DNA of 64,000 nt, taken from NCBI RefSeq assembly GCF_000485595.1, contig NW_014577084.1:431149-495148 (forward strand), given 5' to 3'. A model generated the notes under the pieces. It was not told where the DNA came from, did not search any database, and saw nothing but the letters and a program-made list of their open reading frames with translations. Both the position numbers and the translations under genes were made by a program. This DNA is from Priapulus caudatus (lineage: Eukaryota). This document shows positions 25,069 through 40,000 of this stretch, in pieces; position 1 is the first letter of the stretch; the number at the start of each line of letters is the position of its first letter.

Positions 25069-28000
25069 ATGAGGCAATCTAGAGCTATAAACAAACGCAT
25101 ACAGGTGCAAAAGCCTGCAATTTTGACATCACTTGGTACAGCTCAACGAGTAAGATTTTCTGTTCGAGACAGAAAGCCGATAACAACACCGATGGCGATG
25201 GCGATGAGTTGTGAGGGCACGACAGGTAATTTGGTCACACGGTGTGCTTACTAGGTTAACACGTCCAAATATAATGTATTCATATAATGTGTGTACAAAT
25301 ATATGCACTTGGTCAAGTTGATTATGCCAGGAGTACGGATCGCTAATCAGAACTGTCAAGTAATTAAACTAATTTGAAAACGCTTGGAAATCATTGCTGT
25401 CTGAGCAATTAAATCTGTCTGAGGAAAATACTTTTATGCACAAGATGGTTGCATAGAACACTAGCTACTTTGATTAGATACATTGATGGAGTTCGGGGAA
25501 AAACAGCAATAAAAATAATGATTGAACACTGCAATTATCATCATTGTGTGTGCAGTAATGCTCATAGCTATAGGGTCTATGTCCCTCAGGGTACTGCTGG
25601 AACGTACCCTGGGTACGGTCCGGTATACCGGAACGTACCCTGGTCACTATTTGATATGGTTAGGGTTAGGGTTCGGGTTAGGTAGTAGGCGTAGGCGACT
25701 CCCTAGACTCGTTAGTGGAGTAGGCGAGGTACGGTCCGGCATATTAGATAGTACCAGGGTACGTTCCGGCAGTACCCCGGGGGACATAGACCCTCTCAGC
25801 TGCAGTAATAGTACGTGTTTGTTTAAATAAGTGTTGCATGAGAATGGGGACAGTTAAAAATGTTCCAAGTGCTCAAGCGTATATAAATGCAGATGCAGAT
25901 CAATATACAGATGTAGATGCATATATGTAGACTGATACAGGTGCAGAGAATGAAGTGCATGTTCGAACCTATGCGCACACTCAACGGACACACGGTCAGC
26001 CAACAACAGATAAAAGTCAACAAGGGCAATTATACCATAATAATTGCGGATCACTTTAGGACAACAGTGCCACAAACAACAAGCTAACTTTAACTATAAC
26101 AACAGTCAGAAAAAAGCAATAGCAGCTGAAAATACATATATATATAAAGCAATTTCGCAATGCACATACTTGTAAATGTAAATATATACGCTTACACATG
26201 ATATACCTGTATTACGCATCTAAAATGTAAATAAAGGGAATTTTGCTTTACCAATTCTTACCAATCCTGTCTATCAGTGAAAAACATGAGAAAATTGTAA
26301 TAGATTGAAATTAATATCCTTACTCATCAATCTTTTATTTCAGGTCAACCGCCATATTTAGCTGCAAGGAAAAGTCCACTTCCCCAGTCTACTGTGAAAA
26401 TTCTAGAAAGTGAAGAAGAAGCTGGGATTAAAAATATATCTCAAACAAGTGATATTGACATAGTGCCTGAAACAGAGGCAAATTATGTCAAATCAATGAA
26501 AGAGTTGATGGAGGAGGCTCAATTCCTGGCAGCTGCATTGGACCAGAGTGGTGTGTGAGTCTATCAATTGTCACTACTTCTATACGAGATAGAATCTAAA
26601 TTGACATATATGCAGTTACTTCTGTCAGTCATTCCACATATCTATTGTGTATATGCTGATATTAGCCCAGAATTATGGAAGATGGAATAAGTTGCTTATG
26701 TTAGATGTGTGGACTATGTGATAACGTATTCGGAAACCATAAGCTATTTAAAGGTACGTACGTTATATATACATGCACAGTTTTATATTCTTTCCTTATA
26801 AAACATAATTACTTTGTAGTGGTGTTACCACTGGATTCTACACCTATTTCCTGTACATCAACACATGGGACAGTCCTGACTAGTGATGAGGCAAGGGTAG
26901 CTGATAGCATTCACACATGTGTAAAACCACATGAGCAGGCACTTGAAATCTGCTTTGAAAAGAAAGAGATTTCCCATGAACCCAGCACACAAGACAAATT
27001 TTACTTTTCTTCAGAGGAAGAACTTTGCATCCTGGAAGGTGATGAAAGTTTATTATTTTTGCTGTTGTGATCTGTTCGATATTGTGAATAAATTATTATT
27101 ATTATATAACGTATTATATCATATGCACATCAACTAGTGCGTGTTTAGCATGGGTGCAACAAGTGCAAGTGATTGGGCAGGGAGGATGTAAAGGATTAGC
27201 TGAAATGTTCACCTATTCCATGGAAAGCGAAGGAAACATATCCACCCCTTCTTGCCTCATAAATCAGACCTTGTGGTAGTGGGTGTTGTACAGTTTAGAA
27301 TCAAAATTGATCAAATTTTAACAACACACATTTATATACATTTCAAAAAGCCGAGGAAAATTCGGAAGAAAGAGAAAAACTTGAGGTCATTGGATGCAGG
27401 AAGCATTATTGTGGAAGGAAGAAAGTGAACACAGAAAAATTAACTGAAAGGTATGGATGAGCAATCTTTCAACAACTACAATTCAGAGTTATACAAGTAT
27501 TCACAGGGTTATTCCTAAAATGTAGTACTGCATCATTACCATTGTAGCGTGAGAGTGTCAACCATTTATAATAATACAACAGATATTACAACTTGGGTGC
27601 TTTTTCAGTGCTGCTCATGATATCGTTGATACAGAGCATATTTCATTAGCTAGGAAGCAAATTCATTACTTCTGCACACTGCCTGACACAGTCTCCCAGC
27701 TGCCTAGTTCCTTGCAGACACTTCTGAAGGAAATTGGGTTATATGGATGGCAAAGAGGAAAACAAGTTGGAAACAATTTGGTTGGTATATAGAAATGGTA
27801 TTGTGCAGCATGTATTTGTATTTATCAACAATTATTACTTGTAACATGAGAGTTTCTATATTATATCCAGTTGGTTCAACTTTTATTAAGCACTAAATGA
27901 CACCAGTAGGTTTGATAGTAATACTCTAGATCTGGTTGTGTGTTTGATTTGTTATCATATAGTGTATTGAAATTTTGCACGTTTCTGAGTAAAGAGTAAT

Positions 28001-31000
28001 GTGAGATATTTGCATGAGAGAGGAGCTATAATAAGAATAATACAATATATAAATCAATTGTATAATTTGTATTCCTTTAGTGCAACAGTGCAATGCTTAC
28101 AATAGAGGTTTAGGGTTGTAAACTAAAAAAAACATTTTAATTATAATGTATCTAGTGATCCCATCAATGGGAATGACACTATCAAGAGCTAATAAACCCA
28201 TAGTATACACCTAGTATAATACCTAGGTATTATTAGCTCTTAGCGCTATGCTATAGATAGCTGATGCTCAGTGTCTTAATCTTTACTTTAATCTATTGTC
28301 CTGTACGTGTAACTGTTATCACTTTTCGCTCCCTGAGTGGTGTGTTGAATCGTTCATCGATTTGTTTAAAGGATTTACTGACTAAAGTAGAAAACCAAAA
28401 GCTGAACAGTTCTTCTACTACAAACGTGGAGGGAGAACCGATCGCTGTTCCTATGCACCTGTGGTGGGCCCCAGCACCTCCCAAACTCTGTCTGCTACCA
28501 TCATATGTCGAGGTGAGTCTCAATAAAACATGGTTATGCTGTTTAAGGATACTCTCCACGTTGTGCACGGGTATTGCTCTAGTGAAGATTAAACGTTTAT
28601 TGGCGAATGAATCGAATCAATCACTTGTTTTATTTATAGAGGATCGAGATATATCTCTATGCTCAAGCCAAAAACTTTCATGAAATTTCCAGCACCTAAT
28701 TATGTTACCACACAAATTTTGAATTTTTATGTAAAAATGGTATTTTGGATATTTCTCAACTACCAGAAAGAGTGAGGATACAGAATTTTTGCCACATGTT
28801 AAGCACAATATGGACCAAAATAGCGCGTCAGGATTTTTCTTTAATTTTCTTGTTTACTGAGAAACCTCGAAAAAACTGCTTGAAAATCAAGTTGTGTGTT
28901 AAAATAGAAAATTTTAGCGAATAAAGAGGCATAACTAATAAAGTACGGCACTTAATAACAATCCCTGACGTGCTTTTTTACCACAATATGTTACCATTAA
29001 AACGAGTGTAAAATTAAATTAATCCGAGTTGTAATCACAGAGAAATATNNNNNNNNNNNNNNNNNNNNNNNNNNNNNNNNNNNNNNNNNNNNNNNNNNNN
29101 NNNNNNNNNNNNNNNNNNNNNNNNNNNNNNNNNNNNNNNNNNNNNNNNNNNNNNNNNNNNNNNNNNNNNNNNNNNNNNNNNNNNNNNNNNNNNNNNNNNN
29201 NNNNNNNNNNNNNNNNNNNNNNNNNNNNNNNNNNNNNNNNNNNNNNNNNNNNNNNNNNNNNNNNNNNNNNNNNNNNNNNNNNNNNNNNNNNNNNNNNNNN
29301 NNNNNNNNNNNNNNNNNNNNNNNNNNNNNNNNNNNNNNNNNNNNNNNNNNNNNNNNNNNNNNNNNNNNNNNNNNNNNNNNNNNNNNNNNNNNNNNNNNNN
29401 NNNNNNNNNNNNNNNNNNNNNNNNNNNNNNNNNNNNNNNNNNNNNNNNNNNNNNNNNNNNNNNNNNNNNNNNNNNNNNNNNNNNNNNNNNNNNNNNNNNN
29501 NNNNNNNNNNNNNNNNNNNNNNNNNNNNNNNNNNNNNNNNNNNNNNNNNNNNNNNNNNNNNNNNNNNNNNNNNNNNNNNNNNNNNNNNNNNNNNNNNNNN
29601 NNNNNNNNNNNNNNNNNNNNNNNNNNNNNNNNNNNNNNNNNNNNNNNNNNNNNNNNNNNNNNNNNNNNNNNNNNNNNNNNNNNNNNNNNNNNNNNNNNNN
29701 NNNNNNNNNNNNNNNNNNNNNNNNNNNNNNNNNNNNNNNNNNNNNNNNNNNNNNNNNNNNNNNNNNNNNNNNNNNNNNNNNNNNNNNNNNNNNNNNNNNN
29801 NNNNNNNNNNNNNNNNNNNNNNNNNNNNNNNNNNNNNNNNNNNNNNNNNNNNNNNNNNNNNNNNNNNTTCACGCGAGATATAGCTTTTTTTAAGAAATGA
29901 CGGCGGCCATTTTGAATTCAAGATAGTGCCCGAAAACGCCTTGGATCACATGCATCACGTTGTTGTATGAAATAGTAACCCAAATTACGTCTGTCAGTAA
30001 ATTTTCAAGTCTGTACGAAGATTATTAACGCGAGATATAGCTATTTTTTAAGAAATGACGCGGCGCCATTTTTAAATTCAAGATGGCGGCCGAAAACGCC
30101 TTGGATCACATGCATCACGTTGTTGCTATGAAATAGTAACCCAAATTACGGTCTGTCAGTAAATTTCAAGGTCTGTACGAGATTATTTAACGAGATATAG
30201 CTATTTTTTAAGAAATAACGGCGGCCATTTTTGAATTCAAGATGGCGGCCGAAGTTGTAGGTGGATCGCGTGTGTCCTCTTTTAAAATGAAAGAGCATAC
30301 AAAAGTATGCAAGTGTACCAATTTTCACACTTTTTTCACAATCTTGAACAAGGAAGTTTAGATGATACTTCTGGACCTATATCCTGGACGGTACTATTAG
30401 TAAGCCGGATTGTTTATAATTGGATCCCAACGAACATTCTTTTGAGAAGGTTCCTGATACCATCCCTGTGCATTCCACTGTTTCGGCGTGTATGTGAACA
30501 CATTTGGGGCTAACAGGGTTTACTAGAATCCCACCACTCCACCACAGAGTCACCGCAGTAGAGGTTAGATGAGCGCTGTCGCTCTGCGGCACTTGTTACT
30601 TATGAATATCGTGGTTGTATCATGTCTTTGACGTCATAATGACGTCAGCCGCTGCTTACTACACATGTACGTGGGCAAGCAAAAACGCTCTGACGGTTCA
30701 CATGTACCGTTATATGGAGACATGAGCATGTACACAGGTGGCACATAGTGTTAGCCATCGAATAAAGTTGAAAACGAAAAATCGATGAAATTTCATGCAC
30801 AACGTGGAGAGTATCCTTAACAACGGTTTTTCTGTTGACTTCTGTTGCATGCAATTTGCGTTATAAATAATGTTGGTCAAGCAGTGTAAATCTCACTTAG
30901 CAGTGAAATTGGTTGGTTTATGTTTTTGTGACATTTGTAATAACATGACCTGTGTAAATTGTTTCATGGTGGGGAAGTACATTTTTTGTAAATATTTTTA

Positions 31001-34000
31001 ATAATCGTTCATGATCTACACTGTTATTCCATCTATATGAAACCAACTAGCTAGCTATTACCATCACGACTGGGTTCCTCTGCAGGCTTGCTTGTTTCCG
31101 AACCTCATACCAGCTGATCCTAACCTGTATGAGGAATCTGTAATCAGTCAAGGTGAAAGTAACTGTGAGGGAGAAGATGAGCTCAGACTTAGAGAGCAGT
31201 AAGTAACAGTTACTGTTTCAAACCTGTTGTTCTCATTCTCATTTGCATACATCTCTGCATGTCAAGTCTGCATACAATCTTTTCCTATTTTCTTGTTAGG
31301 GTGGTGACTCGTTTTAATCTTACCTGTTTAAATACATCTGTTTTACTACAACTTTTTTTATACTGCACCTTTCCCTATTCCCATGTCTCATTGTATGTGG
31401 AAGTTCTGATGTAAAGTTATCCTAAATTTTAAAGTCGGGGAGCCACTGCTTCAATTAATTATATTGAAGACGTGTTATATTCCCAGGTTGGTGTTCAGAA
31501 AGCAGCCATCACTAGACACGCTTTTCCACCGGCCTGTTAACTCTCCTACATCTACATCTGCGGAGTCAGCCCCTGAGCTTTGTCCAACTGAAGCAGATCC
31601 TGGTTTCATTAATTGGAGTGAAGATCAATTGTACGAAGCATGTGAAAATGAATTAGTGGTAAGCTAAGCACTAACTGCGATCCTATGTCACTATTGTCTG
31701 TTAAAATATGTTAATTTAATATGTGTATGGTGGTGTAAAATTACCTTGCCTGTTTTGTGGTTATGCTCTCATGTTGTACTAGGTAAAAGAGACGAGTCAT
31801 CCAGATAGTAGTTACGTCACGACTCGGAGACAAGAAGACATTGATAGGTTTTTGGCGCACATTCCAAGCGTTCTACAAAGGTATCATTTATACATTGTCA
31901 CTAACAGGACATGGGACCTGGAAATTTTATGTTTTAAAATCTCCTGATAAGGCAAATTTGTATGGTGGGTAGCAGGAAATTTCCTGTTTATCCGTAACTT
32001 ATGCCACAATTAAGCTGCTGACGCGCATATAATGACTATATGAAACGTTTTAAAATGCCACTATTTTATTAGACCTTTACTTAGATATTCATAGCAAGTG
32101 TCAAATGCCGCTAGTAATGTTTGTTCTATTATGCTAATATATTCTTTTAAAACTGATGTAGTTTCAACAAATCAAAATTTTTCTCAGGTCACAGTCACAG
32201 GATTTGCAAGAGAGATATGTACTTCCAACCTTACAGAGGGCAAAGAGTATTCCTGATTCACTGGACTTTGATGAGTATGCCTTTGTAGTCGGAAATCGAA
32301 TGTGAGTCAATCGGAAGTACATAGGAATGATAACATGTAAACATTGTTTTTCATGTGGTGTGCATCAGTCAGCCTCAGTACTTGCTTAATTAGCATTTGC
32401 AGTTCAACAGTTTATCTTGCATGATAAAGCATGTGTCTCATAACAGTAATAATAATTTTCTCATCTGGAAGGCCATTAATTATGAGCTGTTACTTCTTGT
32501 ATAATGTTAAACAGGATGGCAGAGAATGACAGAGAGTGGGTGAGAGATATATGGAACCAATGGTTTGATGAGGTATTTCCACTGCCAGAGAGTGAAAGTA
32601 GTGCCATCGAGATTGAGGGATGTCCGAAGTTGCTAGTGCAGACCAATGCTGATGATAGCAGGCAGACAGTACTACTTTCTAATGCTGATAAAGAAGGCCA
32701 GTTGACAGTGGTATGGAAACTCTAGCGTGTACTTGTGTACGTGTGCGCATGTGTGCATGTGTGCATGCATGTTTGCATATTTTTGTGCCTGCGTGCATGC
32801 GTGTATAAAGTTGTTCATGCTTTTGCGTAAGTGCGTGAGCATGCTAGTTTATGAACTGTAAGGTATACTAAGAGTACTTAAATATACTAAAAATCTATGT
32901 AGCAGTAGAATGAAACATTCATTATAGAAGAAACATTAGGTATACGTAACGTCATTAAATTTGCTTCTTTTATCTGTTTAAAATCTTATTATATGAAATT
33001 TATTATTACAGATCTAATTATTTGTTGTGCCACACTCTTTTATTGCAGAAGGTGCAAGAAGAGCTGAACGAATTAAGCAGCAAAATTGATTCTAGTGAGG
33101 GCCTTGTTGCCATTCATCTTTGCCGACGTGGAGCTATCTATCTGAAATTGAATCAACTGGAAATGGCTTATCAAGACATAACTAAGTACTGCTGGATTTT
33201 TAGTCATATCACAGTTGCCATATGCACGTACATTCTGTGTCAAAAATGCATTTTCAAGGCAAATCATTAATTGAATATTTAGTAAGCCAGACGAGTACGT
33301 GGCACTTTCTTTAGTATGCATGAAATGTGTTATAATTGAAATTTCACCATTAGTCAGCATTAAGTAACTAGAGTATCTTAGATATGTAGGCTATTAAGGT
33401 ATTGCTCATCTAATTATTTTATTTTTAATGGTATGTAGATCTCTTAAACTAGAGCCACAGTTGATGGATGGTTATTGGCACCGACACAATCTTTTGCTGA
33501 AGCAGAAAAAACCTAAAGCTGCCATTGAAGATCTAAACAAAATCATATCTGGAACTAGCCAACCCATCAAAGCTTACAAATCTAGGTAAAATTAAGCACT
33601 AAATATGTTTTAGTGACGTGAAGTATTATGAAACCATTCAGTTTAAATTGCTGTCTTCTTATGGTTTAAATGTTAAAAGTATAGTCATGTCAGTTTGTGC
33701 TAGGTAAAGTAAACAATATTCCAAATTGTTGCTCCATGTTTCTTCAATCTTATTGCACCCATGTATGTCTGTGTGTTTGCATGTGCATGGACATGTAATG
33801 TTTCGAGTCAGCTGAAATGTCTTGCTTAAAATTGTATCTGGAAATTACTAATCATGGCACATGAATGCCTAAGTAATGCCTGCTATATTACAAATTGCAG
33901 AGGTGATGTATACGAGAAAATTGGTGACATTTCGATGGCGATACTAAGTTATGACCAAGCTATTGCACTTAGCCCTACTGATTATGAAAGTCACCTCAGA

Positions 34001-37000
34001 AGAGCAGAACTCTACATATTAGTATGTTAATACCACTATATGTATTTATATCACTATCATGACACCAGCTTAAGCTAAACATCAGTGATATATGATTATA
34101 ATATTGTACTTCGTTCGATTAAAACTCATTTTAATCCTATATGAGACCTTTTCCAACTAAATATAAATACTCCCCTGCTGGTGAAAAAGGGAGATAACCT
34201 AGCTAGCACTGCACGTTTGAAACTGTTAGGTTGGTCCGTGAGAGTAACCTCTTAATTAAGTTGTATAACTCTGCTTCCAGAATGGACAACTGTCGTTGGC
34301 ACACGATGACTTGAAAACAGCCGTGAAACTCTCACCAGCAAGAACGGAGGCACGCATGAAGCAGGTGGAGCTTTATCTCAGTGATAGGTAATGCCATTTT
34401 CTTACTATGTGATAAAATTACAAAAATATACCAACTATGCTTATTCTTTCATTATAAGATAGCATATAGGTATAGTGAAACATTGTTATTTCATTACTAC
34501 AGGTGACAGTCACATTTTTAATATTCTTTATGAATATAAAAGTAAATACGTCAGTGATTTGTTTAATGTAGCTTTCATTCGGATGAGCATTAAGGAGTAA
34601 ACATTCATACACTGTATAAATAGTCGTCACTTTCTATTGAAATATACAATGATATATCATATAAGTAGCTAGCAATTTTAATGGGCTGTACTGTTGTATA
34701 GAGAGTTCGAAAGACGACCTTTAGTCTAATAAGCATTCCATGTAGGCAGTGGCAGTTGGCTGTCAGTGGTCTGACAGTAATTCTGGAGCGAGACCCCTAC
34801 AATACCAATGCTCTGCTGCTGAGAGGACAGGCACTGATACAACAGGAATCTTGGCAAATGGCTCTGCGAGATGTCTCTGCTGTGGTGCACCTCGATCCGT
34901 GTAGTAGTAAAGCATTTTACCATCGAGGCTGCTTACTTCGAAAGTTAGTACAATAGGCATTTATGTAAATCTATGAACTAAGCCATAGTTGGTATGACTG
35001 ATCTGATAGTTGTTATGTTACAGGTTTAATGTAATTATTAATTTTTGAAGTTGAACTTTCAGGGTTGATTCAAGGCGGGCCTTGCAAGATCTTAGCGTAT
35101 CCTTGCTACTGGATCCAGGACCTGATAATGTGATGGCATATTTTCACCGTGCAATCATCTATCATTCTATCAGCAAGTACAATGTTTTATCATTTCTCTT
35201 TGATCAATGTATGTAGTTCTAATACGTGAACATGCCGTACTGTTTTAATTTAAAGTATAATAAAACTATTAGTGACGGTTCCTTGTTTATCCTAATTTTT
35301 ATATGACTGTAAGATATGATATAAGAAAATGTTGGAAGATGCAGGAAATATACTATAATTTCAATGCATGTGTCTATAAAACATGGGACAGATTCTTTAT
35401 AGTTTCTCAAAGGACAGTATAGTGTCACATATGTATATTGATTAATGAAAATTTAATGCCTTAATTATTTGTGAAGACCTTTCCTGTCATGCTATAGCTT
35501 TTAGTTATTTTAATTCTACTCTGTGTTTATAATGTTGCAATGTTACTGAAGACTTGTTTGCAGCAGGTTATTTTTTATTGATTCTTAGCAAATTTTAGGA
35601 AGAAGATGTTGGAATCTTTCTGCATATGTGTTGTAGGTACGAGGCATCTATTCATGATTTCATACAGGCTGTTAACCTGGACCACTCACTTGTAGCAGCT
35701 CTAGTAAACATCGGCATCATCTACATGCTGAAAAAGAAAGACTGTTATAAGTATGAGTTTAATTACTATTTGTTTTTATATATGTATATATGATAACATA
35801 TCACTTGGTTTATCATCTATTCGACTTGCCTGTTGTTTTATGCATGTTCATGTTCATCGTAAATATTTGCATTTAGGGCACTAAAGTACTTCATGATGGC
35901 TGTCAGGGAAGACCCAACAAACATCAGAGCAAGATTATGCCGTGCGAAGGCTTACAGACTGATGAAGATGCACAGAAAGGCGTTGTCAGAAATCACACAG
36001 ATTATACACTTACGGCCTGATGTTCTGCAGTATTACATGTATAGGGTGGGCTATGATGAACAAATTGTTGCAAGTGTATCAACTTGAAGGAGAATATTTT
36101 GATCACACTATTTTGACCCCCAAGTTTATTGTAGGGTGGTGAACATTTTTTATTGATATGGGAAACATTCCATTGACTCATTATGTATATAATATATTGC
36201 ATTGCCATTAGGGTGACCTGCTATTTGAGTTGGGAGACCTAGAGCTGGCAAGATTCTGTATAGAACAAGCAGCAGAGCTCAACCTTGGTCTCCGCAACTC
36301 ACCCTCCCAGGAAGCAGTTGTGCAATCGTTCCTTGGAAACCATGCTAAAGTAAATATATAAATATATATTATAAGTAATTATAAGTAAGTTACAAGTAGA
36401 AATGTGTAAGTATAATATATCACTGTAGTTACGCAATTAGCCAAACGCCTATGTGCATGGCATCATTTATGTATTTTATTGTTATAGAACTTCATGTTAC
36501 TACTGCTTAGAACAAAACATCTAAATTCCAGTACATGTGTTGAAGTGATAAAGCCCATGTGGTATATTTCTTGCTTTTTTTTGTTATTACAGGCCAGTGA
36601 AGTGTTAAAAATGGCCTTGCAAAGACAGCCACAAGCACACCACTGGCTGCTCCTTGGTAATGCACAAATGAAGGCTGGAGATTTTGTGGAAGCAGTTGAG
36701 AGTCTGGAGCAGGCATTGCTCGTGCATGTATGGGTGACTGCTGATACCTTACATAATATCTGATAATATTGAGCTCTAATAAACACTGTGATGATAATTA
36801 ATGTAGAATTGGTCAAACCTCCCCCTTCACACATGTAATTTGTGGTATTAACACACATGGACCCCCATGAATAATATTGCTGGTTTTACTATGATTGCAG
36901 CATAAATTTCTGTAAGCCTTATAGCTGACGGAGGCTACGTTGATAACTGTTATTTAGTATCAATGCATGTGAATGCTTATATATAAGTATATGCAAGGTT

Positions 37001-40000
37001 GCATGTGATATAATTGTTGATTTATATTATTTTAGGGCTCCAAGTGGTCAACGCACCAGGAATCAGTGCAGAGGAAGGCAGCACAGCAGCTGACCACAGC
37101 AGATCTGACAGATGCACACTACAGCTTGGGCATTAGCCACATAGAGCTGGGGAACCACAACCTTGCGCTGGACTACCTCAATAATGCTCTCACAGGCAAC
37201 CAAAGATTTGCATTAGTAAGTATCTTATTTCTTGTCAAAGTCAGTGAAATTCTTCTTATACATTTACTTGGTAATTAACTTATGACATGGTAACCATTTT
37301 AAAATGCTGTACAAGCAACCATGCTACCCACTTAATAATGCATGAATAACGATTGACACTTCTAGAAATTATTCCAGTATGTAAATATAAAAAAATATTA
37401 ACTTGTAATTACGGGCAAAATTAATATGTATGGTAAGTAAAACTCAAATGTTTTCATGGAATGTAATTGTTAAAGTACACTATTGTGTTTCCTATATAAA
37501 TAGAATTGGAAAGTATTGTATTAACTGATATTCACGTAAATTAAATATATATATGCAGGCAATCGGCAAACACTGGGTTTTATCAAACGAGTCATATTGC
37601 ACACTGCCCTGTTATTTTAGGCTCATTTCCACAAAGGTGAATTGGAGTTGGAACAAGGGAAAAAGAAGGGCATGTTCAGCACTAGTAAAGCATTAGCAGT
37701 CAACCCAAGTCTGTTTCAGGTGAGATATCCAATAATACGTACATATATCAACGTCGTTTTTAATGAAATTATCTCAATATGCTGGACAAGTGGGTTTTTT
37801 CGAAAGTTTATAAAATGGACAAAGATAGGTCTCTGTTGTGTCCGTCATATATGTCCAAAGGCATTCCTAAGTGGTTGATACATTTCAGGCCTTTCTCAGC
37901 AGAGCAGCATTCTATAGTCTCGAAGGGAAATACAGCAAGGCCATACTCAACTGCAACGAAGCTATAAAATTGCGACCTGATTGTACCCGTGCATATTTAT
38001 ACAGGTAGACCCTGCTAGATTCTAGCATCACAATGTATAACCATATGCTCCAATATTGGCACAGTATGCTATATATATATATTTTATAAATCTATTATGT
38101 TTCAAACGTCTTAAGCACGAATTGGGATACATGTGATGATATTATCAAGTCATATCACCTGGTGGGACTGTGGGATATTATTCACTTACATTAAAATCAT
38201 CCTGAAGATAAGCAATATGACAATATTCTAATTAATTAACTTACTATATTGCAGAGGAGCACTAAAATACAAAATTCAAGCATATAAATTGGCTGTGTCA
38301 GATCTTACTAAAACTATTGAACTGGACAAGAAGTGCGCTGTTGCCTACTTCAATAGAGCGATATGTCTTCAACAATTAAAAATGTATCAAATGGTAAGAA
38401 CTTTATTTTAAATAACTTTTTAGTTGGCTTTGAAAGCCGTTAACGTTATTGGTTAGTAGTGTGGTTATTTAACCATGAAATTCAAGCTTGATGAACATTT
38501 GCATGCTTTTATTTATAAGCTCGTGATAAGTCTGCATTTGCATGCTATCACACACTGCCAGTATAAGAAAGTATAAAAAGTACAATTACGCCGTATTATT
38601 TAGCTTTAGCTAAGAATGCGTAAGGAATTATGAAACACATATAGTTATATGTTGTTGAGCTCATTGGAATGTTATTGTTTGACCCTACAGGCAGTGCAAG
38701 ACTTCAGCTTGGTGTTGTTGCTAGACAAAGCAGGCAAGCTGAAGCTTAGAGCTGTGACAAACAGAGCTCTTCTCTACCTCCACATCGGCGATACTGAGGC
38801 AGCACTGTACGACATGGTACTAGCTCATGATATGTGCCCATATGATCCCGTCATAATCCACACACTCGGGGTGTGCTATCACAGGTAATGTAGCACATTG
38901 GATGTGTGCTAGGCAGTACTCACTCTAAATAAGTGCCACCACTAGTAGGCACTTGCTATGCACTACTATATACACACACTGTGTATACCACTGATGTTTA
39001 ACTATCCTACACTTAGGTAAAATAATGAATATAAGCTTAAATTATTCAAGCTATAAAAAAAATATTTTGTGATTTTGCATATTGTGAATGAGTAATATGT
39101 AAATATATAAACTATCGGATTTCACATTTCACCATATCGCAGACTTCTTTACATGAATTTTTCCTAATTCCAAGTCAAATATTTGAATTGCATTTTTTAT
39201 TCACACCATGTCTGCACAGGCTTCAGCAGCTGCAAACTGCAGTGCTCTGTTTCTCTGATGCTGCCAAACTAGACAAATTCATGCTCGAAGCTTACGTGGG
39301 TCGTGCAAATGCGCTCATGGATTATGGATCTGACAGTGCCCAGTTTTGGGCAAGGTGAAAATTTTATTAACGTCATAGATTTCGTGATTAAGAAGATAAT
39401 TGAGACGTTATTGTTCTAAATGCAAGCTCAGCCATGCAATATACATACAGGGACATTATACATACTTTATACGAGGTATTATTACAGCATTATTGTCTAT
39501 ACAGAGTTTATTAGTGAGATCAGTAATTCACATATAAGAAATAGACTTGGTGTGACAGATGGTATTAATATGCTGTATGGACATTAAACCTGTTGCAGGA
39601 AAGACTATGAACGAGTCTTGAGGCTCCAACCAACCTACCTTCCAGCAAGGATTGCTCTAGCTTTTAACCTGCAGGCTGCAGGCAAGTTCCAGAAAGCTTG
39701 GAATCATTTATCTATTGCCGTCAGCCTAGATCCAGGTGTGTAAATATAGGGTAACACAATCAGTTGCAGTTGGTAGGTACAAATGGGCTTCATGAAGTTT
39801 TTCTTAAATCTATATTTTTCGATTACATGGTCAGCTGCAACTCATAGTATGCCACTAGTGGTAACTATAGTGTAACGTATATTTCCCTGTAAATTTTTAA
39901 CAGACATATCATCAATGATTAAATCTCACTTGTTCCTGACAGGATATGCCCCGGCATTGGAAGCACGTGCAGTTGTCTGCTTGCAGATGTCTAACAAATT

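Noticed and set aside
28997..29921. ~300-aa ORFs
   Set aside because: Artifacts of the N gap.
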